Notes: a model not told the origin generated them from the sequence alone. Counted from the first letter of the stretch, positions 9,090 to 17,833 are shown. The stretch is 64,000 nt of DNA from an uncultured Gemmatimonadaceae bacterium (GCA_963761305.1 CAVXGK010000002.1:1824001-1888000); one strand, 5' to 3'. Program-made: numbers and translations.

Positions 9090-10100
9090 GTGGCCACGCG
9101 ACAGCTTTCGGTGGATGACTCGCGCGACGTCGCGCTGCTCGAGCAGCTCGCCATCGCCCGATCTCGGCTGATCGAACAGATCGGCCGACGGATCATTGGC
9201 CAGCAGAAGATCGTCGACGATCTCGTCGCCGCGCTCCTCGCCGGCGGACACGTGCTGCTCGTCGGCGTCCCGGGTCTCGCCAAGACGCTGCTCGTCCAAA
9301 CCGTGGCCCAGGCGCTCGACCTCACGTTCTCGCGCGTGCAGTTCACGCCGGACCTGATGCCGAGCGACATCACCGGCACCGAGTTGCTCGAGGAAGATCA
9401 TACGTCGGGCGGCTCGCGGCGGTTCTTCAAGTTCGCCAAGGGTCCGATCTTCGGAAACGTCGTGCTCGCCGACGAGATCAATCGCGCACCGCCGAAGACG
9501 CAGGCCGCGTTGCTCCAGGCGATGCAAGAGCACGCCGTGACCGCGGCCGGCCAGACTCACCGGTTACCGGAGCCGTTCTTCGTCCTCGCGACGCAGAACC
9601 CGATCGAGCAGGAAGGCACGTATCCGCTTCCCGAAGCGCAGCTCGACCGATTCATGATGCAGCTCACGATCGGATATCCGAGTCGCGAAGAAGAGGAAAG
9701 AATCGTCGCCGCGACGACCGGCGACCTCGACGTCGAGATTCGTCCGGTACTCGACGCCGCGCAATTGCTCCAGCTCCAGCACCTCGTGCGCCGACTGCCG
9801 GCGCCGCCGTCGGTGGTGAGCTACGCGGTGAAGCTCGCGCGCTCGACACGTCCCGCCGCCGACGAGGCGACGCCGATGGTGAAGAAGTACGTCAGCTGGG
9901 GCGCCGGGCCGCGCGCGTCGCAATACCTCATACTCGGCGCGAAAGCTCGCGCGGCGATGGACGGCCGCGCGGTGCCGGATCTCGAGGATGTGAACGCGAT
10001 GGCCGTGCCGGTGCTCACCCACCGCGTCGTCGTGAATTTCCAGGCGGAGGCCGAGGGGATGTCACCCGAACGACTCGTGACCATCCCCTCGAAACCGTAG
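9090..10100 (+). CDS. MoxR family AAA+ ATPase
   Basis: [74 protein letters not shown] start inferred. Confidence 0.93.
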   Translation: MATRQLSVDDSRDVALLEQLAIARSRLIEQIGRRIIGQQKIVDDLVAALLAGGHVLLVGVPGLAKTLLVQTVAQALDLTFSRVQFTPDLMPSDITGTELLEEDHTSGGSRRFFKFAKGPIFGNVVLADEINRAPPKTQAALLQAMQEHAVTAAGQTHRLPEPFFVLATQNPIEQEGTYPLPEAQLDRFMMQLTIGYPSREEEERIVAATTGDLDVEIRPVLDAAQLLQLQHLVRRLPAPPSVVSYAVKLARSTRPAADEATPMVKKYVSWGAGPRASQYLILGAKARAAMDGRAVPDLEDVNAMAVPVLTHRVVVNFQAEAEGMSPERLVTIPSKP

Positions 10101-10115
10101 CCGCCCGTCGGGGGA

Positions 10116-11108
10116 TTACTTCATCCCCATGTTTTTCTTGAAGAACGCGATCGACTGAGGCCAAGCCTCCTTGATCGCGGCCAGGTTCGCCTGCTCCTCG
10201 GCCTGGACGTCTGCCTCTGTCTCGTTGGCCCGGGGATTTGGTTGACGCGGATCGTCCTGCGCGCGTGCGAATCCGTGAATGGCGCCCGGGAAATTCTTCC
10301 CGTAGTACGACTTGTTCATCGCCTTCATCACCGAATCGACGCCGGGCATTCCGGCGCCCGTCCGCGCGTCTTTGGCGCCGTTGAACATCATTACGGGCAC
10401 CTTGATCTTCGCGAGCGAGTCGCCGTTCGGCACTGCGCCGTTCATGTACGGAAGGCCGTAAAAGGCGACGCCCCCCGACAGCCCGGGGACGCCGTTGTTG
10501 ATGACCTGATCCCAAACCGTTCCGCCGCCCCAGCAGAATCCGACGACGGAATATTTCGGAGCGGCGGACGGCTGAGACATCGCGTAGCGAGCGGCGGCAC
10601 CGATCCCGTCCATCCGCTCGGCGATCGGCACGCCGGCAATCAGCTTACGCGCCGAATCTCCGCTCAGCTCTACGGTGCTCGCGCCACCACGCACGCGCGA
10701 GATCAGATCCGGCGCGATCGCGATGAAGCCGTCCGCCGCCAACTGATCGGTGACCCCGCGCACCCACGTCTGGAGTCCGAAGATTTCGTGGATAACCACG
10801 ACGACCGGTGTGCGCGGATTCGACGTGCTCGGATAGACGATCCAGGCCATCAGCGAATCCGACGAACCGGGTCGCCAAGCGATCTTGACCCATTCGCCGT
10901 GTCGCGGACTCGCGGCCAGGCGTGCGGGCGCTTGGTTGGCGCTGGGCGGAAGGGAGGGATCGCCCTGCTGATTTGACGCGGCAACTGCCGTTGCCGACAA
11001 ATCGCCGGCGGCCATGTGCGCCATGTGCTCGTCCATCGGCGGCTGGCGGTGGCATGCAGCCAGTGCGAGTGCAGCGCAGGTGGCAACGAAAACGCGCGGA
11101 AAAGACAT
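10116..11108 (-). CDS. Dienelactone hydrolase family lipoprotein
   Basis: VIHEIFGL, APDL, GFCWGG nucleophile, HGF; lipobox ALAAC. Confidence 0.9.
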   Translation of the reverse strand: MSFPRVFVATCAALALAACHRQPPMDEHMAHMAAGDLSATAVAASNQQGDPSLPPSANQAPARLAASPRHGEWVKIAWRPGSSDSLMAWIVYPSTSNPRTPVVVVIHEIFGLQTWVRGVTDQLAADGFIAIAPDLISRVRGGASTVELSGDSARKLIAGVPIAERMDGIGAAARYAMSQPSAAPKYSVVGFCWGGGTVWDQVINNGVPGLSGGVAFYGLPYMNGAVPNGDSLAKIKVPVMMFNGAKDARTGAGMPGVDSVMKAMNKSYYGKNFPGAIHGFARAQDDPRQPNPRANETEADVQAEEQANLAAIKEAWPQSIAFFKKNMGMK

Positions 11109-11230
11109 GCTGAGCTCTCCGTTCCGAGTGAGGGCGACGTTTTTCTTCGCGAGACCGCAAATCAATACGCGGCCTGACAATAGATTCCCAGTCCACCGCG
11201 CGGAAGGGTCGCCACAGTCCCGGCCGGAAG

Positions 11231-11995
11231 TCAGAACAGCCAGGGAATCAGCGCGCGCGTCGTACGTCGATAGTCCGCATACGCGTCTCCGAACAACTCG
11301 GCCAGGTTTCGCTCCTCGAGGCGGATTTTTCGGACGTACGCCGCTGCCATCAGTGCAGCGCCGAGGAACGCGTGCACGTCGCCAGAGACGAGCGCCGTGC
11401 CGACGACCATTCCGAGCATCGCCGAATAGATCGGGTGACGCACGAAACGATATGGCCCGGAGCGGACGAGTTCGTGGTCGGCCTTCTGCGTGATCGCGCC
11501 ACTCCAGTTCCGCCCCAAAACGCGCCGCGCCGCGATGGCGAACCCGAACGACGCCACATGTAGGGCCAGGCCCGCCACCACCCAGCCGGCCCCAACGGGA
11601 AGAACCCGCCCGTCCAGCCACGGAATCGGCACGAACAACAGGAGTAGCGACAGCAACATCAGCTTCTGATGGAACGCGCGTGACGGCGACGACTCACTTC
11701 GCACCGACGGGGCGGAATTCGCCGCTGCAACATTCCAATAAACCACGAACCCGATCCAGAGCAGCGCCGAAATGGTGAGCGGGGTCGCGAGGACCCGGAC
11801 GCGATAGTAAACAAGGAGAGCGACGATTCCAGCAAACAGAACCAATGTCACGACTTGCGCGGATCGTCCCGTGAGCCGGAGAGGGCCGATTACGAGCGCG
11901 GATGCTGGCGCCGACCCCGCGGACGCACTCAAAGGAGACGGACGCACGTCCGCTTCAGCCTGATCACTCTTCATCTCTTGGCCTCGCTCATTCAT
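11231..11995 (-). CDS. Isoprenylcysteine carboxylmethyltransferase (ICMT/PEMT) family membrane protein
   Basis: LGRNWSGAI..HELVRSGPYRFVRHPIYS, EERNLAELFGDAYADY; true start may be TTG at 11932 since the longer N-terminus runs into the 21-bp array. Confidence 0.88.
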   Translation of the reverse strand: MNERGQEMKSDQAEADVRPSPLSASAGSAPASALVIGPLRLTGRSAQVVTLVLFAGIVALLVYYRVRVLATPLTISALLWIGFVVYWNVAAANSAPSVRSESSPSRAFHQKLMLLSLLLLFVPIPWLDGRVLPVGAGWVVAGLALHVASFGFAIAARRVLGRNWSGAITQKADHELVRSGPYRFVRHPIYSAMLGMVVGTALVSGDVHAFLGAALMAAAYVRKIRLEERNLAELFGDAYADYRRTTRALIPWLF

Positions 11996-12816
11996 TGCAC
12001 GTCGTTCGACGCTGGCCAGTTGCCGGCAAACGACCGTTGCCCGTCAGCGACCCTTCATTCTCACTCGCTTCGCCCCAATCGGTCGCCGACTCTCGTGCAT
12101 TGGCCGGCGTCTTCCCTTCATTCGGTCTTGTCGCGCCTTCATTCACAGCTGTCGCGCTCGCATGCGGAGGACGCACGGAGGCGCTGATCCTTGACCACAT
12201 CACACTCCACCCCGTCGAACGCGCACTACCGTGCGGCCAGCGAGCATTTAACCACGTAAACCGGACATTCGAGACTTGCGAACGTCCATTCACCGCGGTG
12301 AATCGTACGTCCATTAGTCGCCAGGGTTCATCTCCCGGTATGCACGGCGCGTCTCACGGCTGCGATGCGACGCCAACCAATGTTTCGACGACGTCAAGGA
12401 TCCGTCAGCGGGCGTGTAGGCAGTTGCAGCGTCCGCCTACCAAGCGCGAGACGACACTCGCGCTCGGTCAAATCACATCAACGGATCGCGAGGCGACGTC
12501 TCGGCGCGTTTACCACACAGCAACGACTTGCCGAGCGACGCCTCCGGCTCGTCCATCTGCGCCAACGGATTGGTCGGCGGCGTCTCCGATTTACTATGAC
12601 CCGCAAACAAACAGCAGGACCAGTCCAAACGGAGTGGAACGGACACCGATGAGTCGTCAGCCAACGCCTACCGATTGAGAGCAAGCGTCTACCGGTTCTC
12701 ACGGCAATCCAACGAATCGGAACCACGCGTCTCGCTTTCAATAACCTATTTCAACCCGTCGAGAACGCTCCTCAAGGCGTCGGGAACGCTTCCCAACAAA
12801 CCAAGAACCCGCTCTA
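11935..12816. repeat. Degenerate 21-bp-period tandem array (~42 units)
   Basis: CATT/CATC at 11972, 11993, 12056, 12098, 12119, 12140, 12245, 12266, 12287 all in 21-bp phase; C at unit position 17 in 36 of 42 units by manual count; no phase shift. Confidence 0.8.
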
Positions 12817-12894
12817 GCCGACCCTAGCCGTGCGGCGTGGCGTACCCCGTAGACCCAAGGTCACCCTTGCGGATCGGCGCCCCCCCCGCCGATT

Positions 12895-13365
12895 ATGTCC
12901 ATGTCTCGCGCGAACTTGCACATCGCGACGATCCGGCCTGAGGATCATTCAATGGGTCTCCAGCAGCGCGCAGGATCATCCGCAAGCTCGTCTCCAGCGC
13001 TTCCGCCCGGCGTCGCCGCCGCCGCAGGCGACTATCAGCGACTTCGCGAGATCGAGAAAGGACACCTCGCGCTGATGGCGCGACATAACCTGCTCGCCGA
13101 CTGGACGCCGGAGATTCGCGAAACGGTGATGGAGGCGCGCAAGCACATTCACGACGCGAATGTGGCGCGCGAGAAATTTCGCGCTCTCGTGCGCGACATC
13201 GTCACGACACTGCGTGCCGAGCGCATGTCGCTCTCGGGCGTGTTGCGCCACACGCGATCGCTACTGCAAATCCTCGAATCGTCCGGCGCGATTCAGAACG
13301 ACGGCGGCTGGCTCGAGGCGGACGTGCTCGAGTGGGCGATCGAGGACTACGAGTCGGTTGCGTGA
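12895..13365 (+). CDS. Hypothetical alpha-helical protein
   Basis: GC3-biased ORF, YQRLREIEKGHLALMARHNLLADW...WLEADVLEWAIEDYESVA; start may be 12952. Confidence 0.7.
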   Translation: MSMSRANLHIATIRPEDHSMGLQQRAGSSASSSPALPPGVAAAAGDYQRLREIEKGHLALMARHNLLADWTPEIRETVMEARKHIHDANVAREKFRALVRDIVTTLRAERMSLSGVLRHTRSLLQILESSGAIQNDGGWLEADVLEWAIEDYESVA

Positions 13366-13377
13366 AGTTGGTCGCGC

Positions 13378-13566
13378 TCAGACTCGCGCGCGCCACTCCG
13401 CGGTCGCTTCCGGGACGAGCCGGGCACCCCAATGACTGACTTCGAGGATGTAGTAGTCGCGCCGCTGCGGATCGCGGGGATCGACAACCTCGTAGTAGGT
13501 CGGCTGGGGCTCGACCCGAACGGTGAGCCCGTTGCATTCGCCGCCAACACACGTGACTTGAATCAT
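13378..13566 (-). CDS. Small hypothetical protein (62 aa)
   Basis: MIQVTCVGGECNGLTVRVEPQPTYYEVVDPRDP...; GGAGG 8 nt upstream of ATG. Confidence 0.6.
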   Translation of the reverse strand: MIQVTCVGGECNGLTVRVEPQPTYYEVVDPRDPQRRDYYILEVSHWGARLVPEATAEWRARV

Positions 13567-13587
13567 TCGCTCATCCTCCGGCGGTCG

Positions 13588-14088
13588 TCAGCTCGCCTGT
13601 TGCACGGCGGACCGCGAACCGCCGGTGAGAAACCGGGGACCGCTGGTGCACGCGCGTTCGACGGTGCGCGCGATGCTCTCGGGCAGTCGCACGGCGCCGC
13701 GCGCGTGCGCTTCGAGCACGAGCGTGAGGGCCCGCCGCTGCCGGTCGAACGCGGAAAGGAGTTGTGCCCCGCCGTCGGGGGTCGCGAACACGCCCTGCAC
13801 GAGCCCTTGCAACGAGCTCTGCTCGGCGGCGTCCGACGCGTCGTTCATGCAGAGTTCGAGATTCCAACTTTCACGATGTTGGTCGCACAAACCTGTCCTG
13901 CTGCTATCACCGGAGGCGTCCTGGGTGCACGCCGCGCACAGGGCGATCGCGCGCAGCAGGTCCGCACTCGGAACGAAGGACATCGGGTCTTCCTCGAGAA
14001 CTTGTCGTAGCTCCTTCGCCAAGTCGGGATCGCGAGTAGTCGCGTAGACGAGGTGAAGGCGGCGGCGGGCGTTCGGTTCGATGCTCAT
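13588..14088 (-). CDS. Hypothetical protein with CxxC...CxxH motif
   Basis: ALCAACTQDASGDSSRTGLCDQHRESW; protein-like composition; fits between neighbours. Confidence 0.6.
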   Translation of the reverse strand: MSIEPNARRRLHLVYATTRDPDLAKELRQVLEEDPMSFVPSADLLRAIALCAACTQDASGDSSRTGLCDQHRESWNLELCMNDASDAAEQSSLQGLVQGVFATPDGGAQLLSAFDRQRRALTLVLEAHARGAVRLPESIARTVERACTSGPRFLTGGSRSAVQQAS

Positions 14089-14207
14089 CGGTGGACTCGC
14101 CGCCGAGTTGGTCGCAAGCTGTTACCGGGAGTGGAAATGCTTGTCACAGGATTGAGCGAGGACGGGGTCATACTGCCCCCATCCTCGCCGCTCGCGGATC
14201 CGCCGAC

Positions 14208-15116
14208 ATGACTATGCCGTCGACTCCCGCTCTCTCGCCGAACGCGCTCGAGACTCTCGACCGCCATTGGGCTGTGAAAGTCGTCACGCCCCAGGACCGA
14301 GCGTCGTCGATCCAGTTCGCAATGGGCGTGCTCACGAGGCTCGGCTCCGGCGAGACTCCGGCGCCGGAGGCGCCGTTGCCCGAGTTCGTCGTGCCATTGG
14401 CCGGCGCGTACGTCATCGCCGCCAGCGAGTGGCTCGATTTCGAGGGGTCGGCTTCTCCGAGTGCGCTCCTCTCGGCCGAACAGGAAGCTCAACGCACGGC
14501 CCACGTCGAGGTGGGCGCCGATCGCGCGTTCATCCTGACCGCCGCGCTCCCCGTCGAGCCGCACGAACAGGTCGCCGCGCTCTACCGCACGCTGCTCCTG
14601 GCCGGTCTCGCTCAACTCGGAAACAAGCAGACGGAGTTTCGTCACTGGCTCCGCGCCTACGCGCCCGCGCTGCTTCCCCCCGAGCGGGGCGACGAGCGAT
14701 GGGACGTCGTGCTGCTGCGACGGGTCGTCGAGCTCTGGACGCACGTGCTCCGCGGCGCCGGCCCCTCGGGGCTCGGACACGCCATGGAGATCATCGCGTC
14801 GATTCGCGAAGAGCGGTCCGTTCGCGAGGGCTCGCTCCTCGCCGCGATCGACCCGGCCGACGAGTCGCGCACGCGATTCTACCTCTTCACGCTCTTCCAT
14901 CTCACCGAGGCCGCGACCGAGCTGCTGCTGTTCCGCATTCACGGCGAGCCGTCGCGCGTCGACGCGCGGCTCTACAGCCACTTCACGCTGGCGCGCGACG
15001 CCGCCGGCGGCGATCCCCGGCTCGACGCCAGCTTCGACTGGCTCTACGAGGCCGCCCGGCGCGTGGTCGAGTTGCGCACCGCGCAGCTCGAGTTGCTCCC
15101 CGAGGGCAGTCGTTGA
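14208..15116 (+). CDS. Hypothetical all-helical protein, possibly related to N-terminal domain of Ski2/HamB-type SF2 helicases; C-terminal QLELL
   Basis: Strong GC3 codon bias supports coding; family assignment from recalled motif similarity only (LDRHWAV, AYVIAASEWLD, RWDVVLLRRVVELW, LFHLTEAATELL). Confidence 0.75.
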   Translation: MTMPSTPALSPNALETLDRHWAVKVVTPQDRASSIQFAMGVLTRLGSGETPAPEAPLPEFVVPLAGAYVIAASEWLDFEGSASPSALLSAEQEAQRTAHVEVGADRAFILTAALPVEPHEQVAALYRTLLLAGLAQLGNKQTEFRHWLRAYAPALLPPERGDERWDVVLLRRVVELWTHVLRGAGPSGLGHAMEIIASIREERSVREGSLLAAIDPADESRTRFYLFTLFHLTEAATELLLFRIHGEPSRVDARLYSHFTLARDAAGGDPRLDASFDWLYEAARRVVELRTAQLELLPEGSR

Positions 15117-15127
15117 GCGTTTTTTAA

Positions 15128-15448
15128 TCATCGCGGAAAACGCCGAGCGCTCCCCACCAGCATGCGCCGGCCGTTTGGCGATCGCGCCACGACAACGGAC
15201 ACTCGCGATACCGATCGGCCCGTCGGCCGAAGGGCGAGCACCCGCGCGCCGGACGACGCCGGCGGTGCGACATCATCGGCCAGACGGAACCAAGCCACGT
15301 CGCCCGCATCCTTCGTACAACGGACGTAGTAGGCGTCGGCCGACCAGAAGCCGTCCCAACGCTCGCCTTCGGTGAGGTCGGCGAGCAGCGCCGTACGCGG
15401 CGCGTCCTCGAGGGGACCTGGTGGCGTAGCACAACTCACGAGTCGCAT
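15128..15448 (-). CDS. Hypothetical protein (106 aa)
   Basis: MRLVSCATPPGPLEDAPRTALLADLTEGERWDGFWSADAYYVRC...; convergent with 14208-15116. Confidence 0.55.
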   Translation of the reverse strand: MRLVSCATPPGPLEDAPRTALLADLTEGERWDGFWSADAYYVRCTKDAGDVAWFRLADDVAPPASSGARVLALRPTGRSVSRVSVVVARSPNGRRMLVGSARRFPR

Positions 15449-15562
15449 GGCGGAAAGCGCGATGTGTCGAGTGGCGGAAGGAGAAACCGTCGTGACGCCG
15501 TTGTTGCTTTTTAGGAAGGGAGCGGAACCTAGAAAACACTGATTCAAAGCGCAATAGTAAAG

Positions 15563-15916
15563 TTTTCCATAACTCGTTGTGTCTGCTGTGGATAGCCAAT
15601 GTGGAGAGCTGTCGACAATCCGCTAACTCTGCGTTCAGACTCGCGTAACGTGCGCTCGTCGTCTGTTGAAAACGACTGTGGACAGATGTGTACGAAATTC
15701 TGGAGCGGGGAACGGTGACGGTGTGCGGGGACCTGCGGACTTCGACGAAAAACAGGGCGCGTTTTGCTGCGCCTCGCCGCGAAAAATGGGCGCGCCGATA
15801 CTCACTGGGGCGTAACCAGTTTGCGTGGTCACCACGGACCCGCTCGTGTCGAGAAAACGAAACCTGTCCACACCCGCATGTGGACAGGCTGTTGATAGCA
15901 TCACAGTTGCGGATCA
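15563..15916. promoter_or_regulatory. Cluster of DnaA-box-like 9-mers (candidate oriC / DnaA-binding locus)
   Basis: TTTTCCATA 15563, TGTGGATAG 15587, TGTGGAGAG 15600, TGTCGACAA 15610, TGTTGAAAA 15664, TGTGGACAG 15677, TGTGTACGA 15687, CTGTCCACA 15864, TGTGGACAG 15879, TGTTGATAG 15890, TGCGGATCA 15908; AT-richer stretch at ~15500-15575. Confidence 0.65.
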
Positions 15917-16003
15917 CTCTGGCGGAACGACCGGCGGTGGCAATATTGCCAGATCTCAAATGCGTCCCGTCACGCGCGATGCCGCGCGATTCGGACGACT
16001 TCC

Positions 16004-16396
16004 ATGACTAGAGCCAATCCCGAGCGGCGATCGCCCGACGCGCTGATGACGAAGCTGGTCGCCTATTTGGGTGAGCTCGAGAGCGCGTATCTCTCGCGCA
16101 ACTCGCTGCGCGTCACGGCGCTGCTGCGCCGACGCATGGCGGCGCATCTTCCGCGCGAAGTGCGCGAAGAGCTGATGGTGTTGTCGCGAGCGCCGCGCGA
16201 GAGCCTTCGCGCGCCGGTGCAGTTCTACCGCTTCGAGCATCGCATGTCGCAGCTCTCGAACAGCGGCGAACGGCTACTCGGCGCTCAGATGGAGCTTCGG
16301 CTCGACGCGCGAACGGGCGGCGTGGCCAGGCGGCGCACGCGATCCGCGGCGGCACGCGAACCCGGCGAACCGGGCGAGCCGCAGCGGGACGACTGA
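16004..16396 (+). CDS. Hypothetical basic protein (130 aa) with QMELRL motif
   Basis: Protein-like ORF (LMTKLVAYLGELESAYLSRNSLRVTALLRRR...LRAPVQFYRFEHRMSQL), first gene right of DnaA-box cluster. Confidence 0.65.
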   Translation: MTRANPERRSPDALMTKLVAYLGELESAYLSRNSLRVTALLRRRMAAHLPREVREELMVLSRAPRESLRAPVQFYRFEHRMSQLSNSGERLLGAQMELRLDARTGGVARRRTRSAAAREPGEPGEPQRDD

Positions 16397-16406
16397 CGCC
16401 GCCGAG

Positions 16407-16616
16407 CTACGACTCCGACGATCCGGCGTCGAGCGACGCCTTGAGGCCCTCGGTGAGCGCGGCCTCGCCGGTGATGATCGAGCGCCAGGAGACCTCCGGG
16501 CCGTTGCGACGCCCCTTCTCGGTCACCTTGATGCCTTCCGGGCCGATCGCGATGGTGTAGACCTTTCCGTCGAGCTCCAACTCTCGCTTGATCGTCTTGT
16601 CGAGCTTTGCGGTCAT
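16407..16616 (-). CDS. Small conserved hypothetical protein (69 aa)
   Basis: MTAKLDKTIKRELELDGKVYTIAIGPEGIKVTEKGRRNGPEVSWRSII; GGAGG-type RBS upstream. Confidence 0.8.
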   Translation of the reverse strand: MTAKLDKTIKRELELDGKVYTIAIGPEGIKVTEKGRRNGPEVSWRSIITGEAALTEGLKASLDAGSSES

Positions 16617-16697
16617 CCCTTCCTCCGGTCTGTGGATCTGTGGATCGCCGTTCGAGTGCATTGGAGAATCGAGTAAGACAAAGTAGCACCCCCGGCC

Positions 16698-17138
16698 TCA
16701 CGGCGGCGGCAGCCGCCTTTCCATATATGTAGAGGTCGCCATCCGGGTGGAGAACCCAAACCGCTCGTACAGTGGCTGCGCATCGCGGGTCAGGAGAGCG
16801 ATCCGGCGCAGCCCCTGAAGATCCGGGTGGGCGAGAATCTCCTCGATCATCCACGAGCCGATGCCGCGATTGCGAGCGTCGTCGGCGACGATGACGTCCG
16901 TGAGGTAGGCGTACGTGGACAGGTCGGTGACGGCGCGCGCGAAGGCGAGCTGTCGATCGCCGTCGTAGACGCCGAGACACACGGAGTTGGCGATCGCGCG
17001 GTCCAAGATCTCGGCGGTGACGCCCGCGCCCCAGTGGGATCGGTGCAGCATGTCCAGCACGGTGCGCTGATCGATCCGTGCGCGATCGGTGGACAAGACC
17101 AGGCTGTCGCGGCGGCGTTCGACGATGCGGTCGTTCAT
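16698..17138 (-). CDS. GNAT family N-acetyltransferase
   Basis: AFARAVTDLSTYAYLTDVIVADDARNRGIGSW...LLTRDAQPLYERFGF. Confidence 0.92.
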   Translation of the reverse strand: MNDRIVERRRDSLVLSTDRARIDQRTVLDMLHRSHWGAGVTAEILDRAIANSVCLGVYDGDRQLAFARAVTDLSTYAYLTDVIVADDARNRGIGSWMIEEILAHPDLQGLRRIALLTRDAQPLYERFGFSTRMATSTYMERRLPPP

Positions 17139-17650
17139 CGGTGCTTGGGTTCGCGCAGTTCCATGACGAGCAGATCGCTCGGCGGCTCGAAGCCGGCACG
17201 CCGGTACAATGAGACGCTCCGCTGCGTCGGCCAGAGGAACACGGTGTCGACGCCGACCGATCGGCAGTGCTCGACGGCGGCGCGCAACAGTTGCGTTCCG
17301 GCGCCGCTGTTTCGCTCACGCGAGAGTACGAAGAAGTTGGACAAGTACGCGTGCAGCTCGGATTCAGGTCCGGGGTTCGGAAGTTTCTCGATGACCTGAA
17401 TCCAGACCTGACCGATGAGTCGATTCTCGCGCTCGGCCAGCCACGCGGTCCAGCGCGAATCGCCGCGAAGACGCGGACGCATCCAGTTGGAGCACCGCCG
17501 CGTGAACGCCTCTTCGCTTTCGGTCGCCGGCCGCCGCTCCAGGCGGAACGCGTGGCGAAGTTGGGCAAGCGCGTCGGCGTCGACGGGAAGCGCGCGGCGA
17601 ACGCGCAGCGTCGGAGGCGAATCCGGGACGGAGTCGGTCGGCTCAGGCAT
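17135..17650 (-). CDS. GNAT family N-acetyltransferase
   Basis: AYLSNFFVLSRERNSGAGTQLL...SVSLYRRAGF; ATGA overlap with downstream GNAT. Confidence 0.9.
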   Translation of the reverse strand: MPEPTDSVPDSPPTLRVRRALPVDADALAQLRHAFRLERRPATESEEAFTRRCSNWMRPRLRGDSRWTAWLAERENRLIGQVWIQVIEKLPNPGPESELHAYLSNFFVLSRERNSGAGTQLLRAAVEHCRSVGVDTVFLWPTQRSVSLYRRAGFEPPSDLLVMELREPKHR

Positions 17651-17833
17651 CGGTGATCCGGAGCACGATAATCGATCGCTGCTCGCCGACGACAGGCTCG
17701 ACGTCGTCGGCGGGCGAGGCAGAATGACCGAATCTCATCGACCCGGGATTCTCGCGAATCGCCACAGCGTTGCGGCAAACCGCATAGCTCGTCACGACTG
17801 AGAAGCGTACGAGGAGAGATAGTGTCGCACGCG

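Noticed and set aside
11902..12678. 258-aa + strand ORF across the 21-bp array as a normal CDS
   Set aside because: Overlaps ICMT gene start, lacks GC3 bias, T/S/R/P-rich, and the periodicity continues past its stop; not excluded but unsupported.
11935..12816. CRISPR array or TIGR-type guide array
   Set aside because: No invariant repeat alternating with spacers, period is 21 bp, and no cas or Nop-domain gene recognised nearby.
15273..16011. ORFs across the DnaA-box region (15273-15959, 15635-15904, 15688-16011)
   Set aside because: No codon bias or motifs; region better explained as non-coding.
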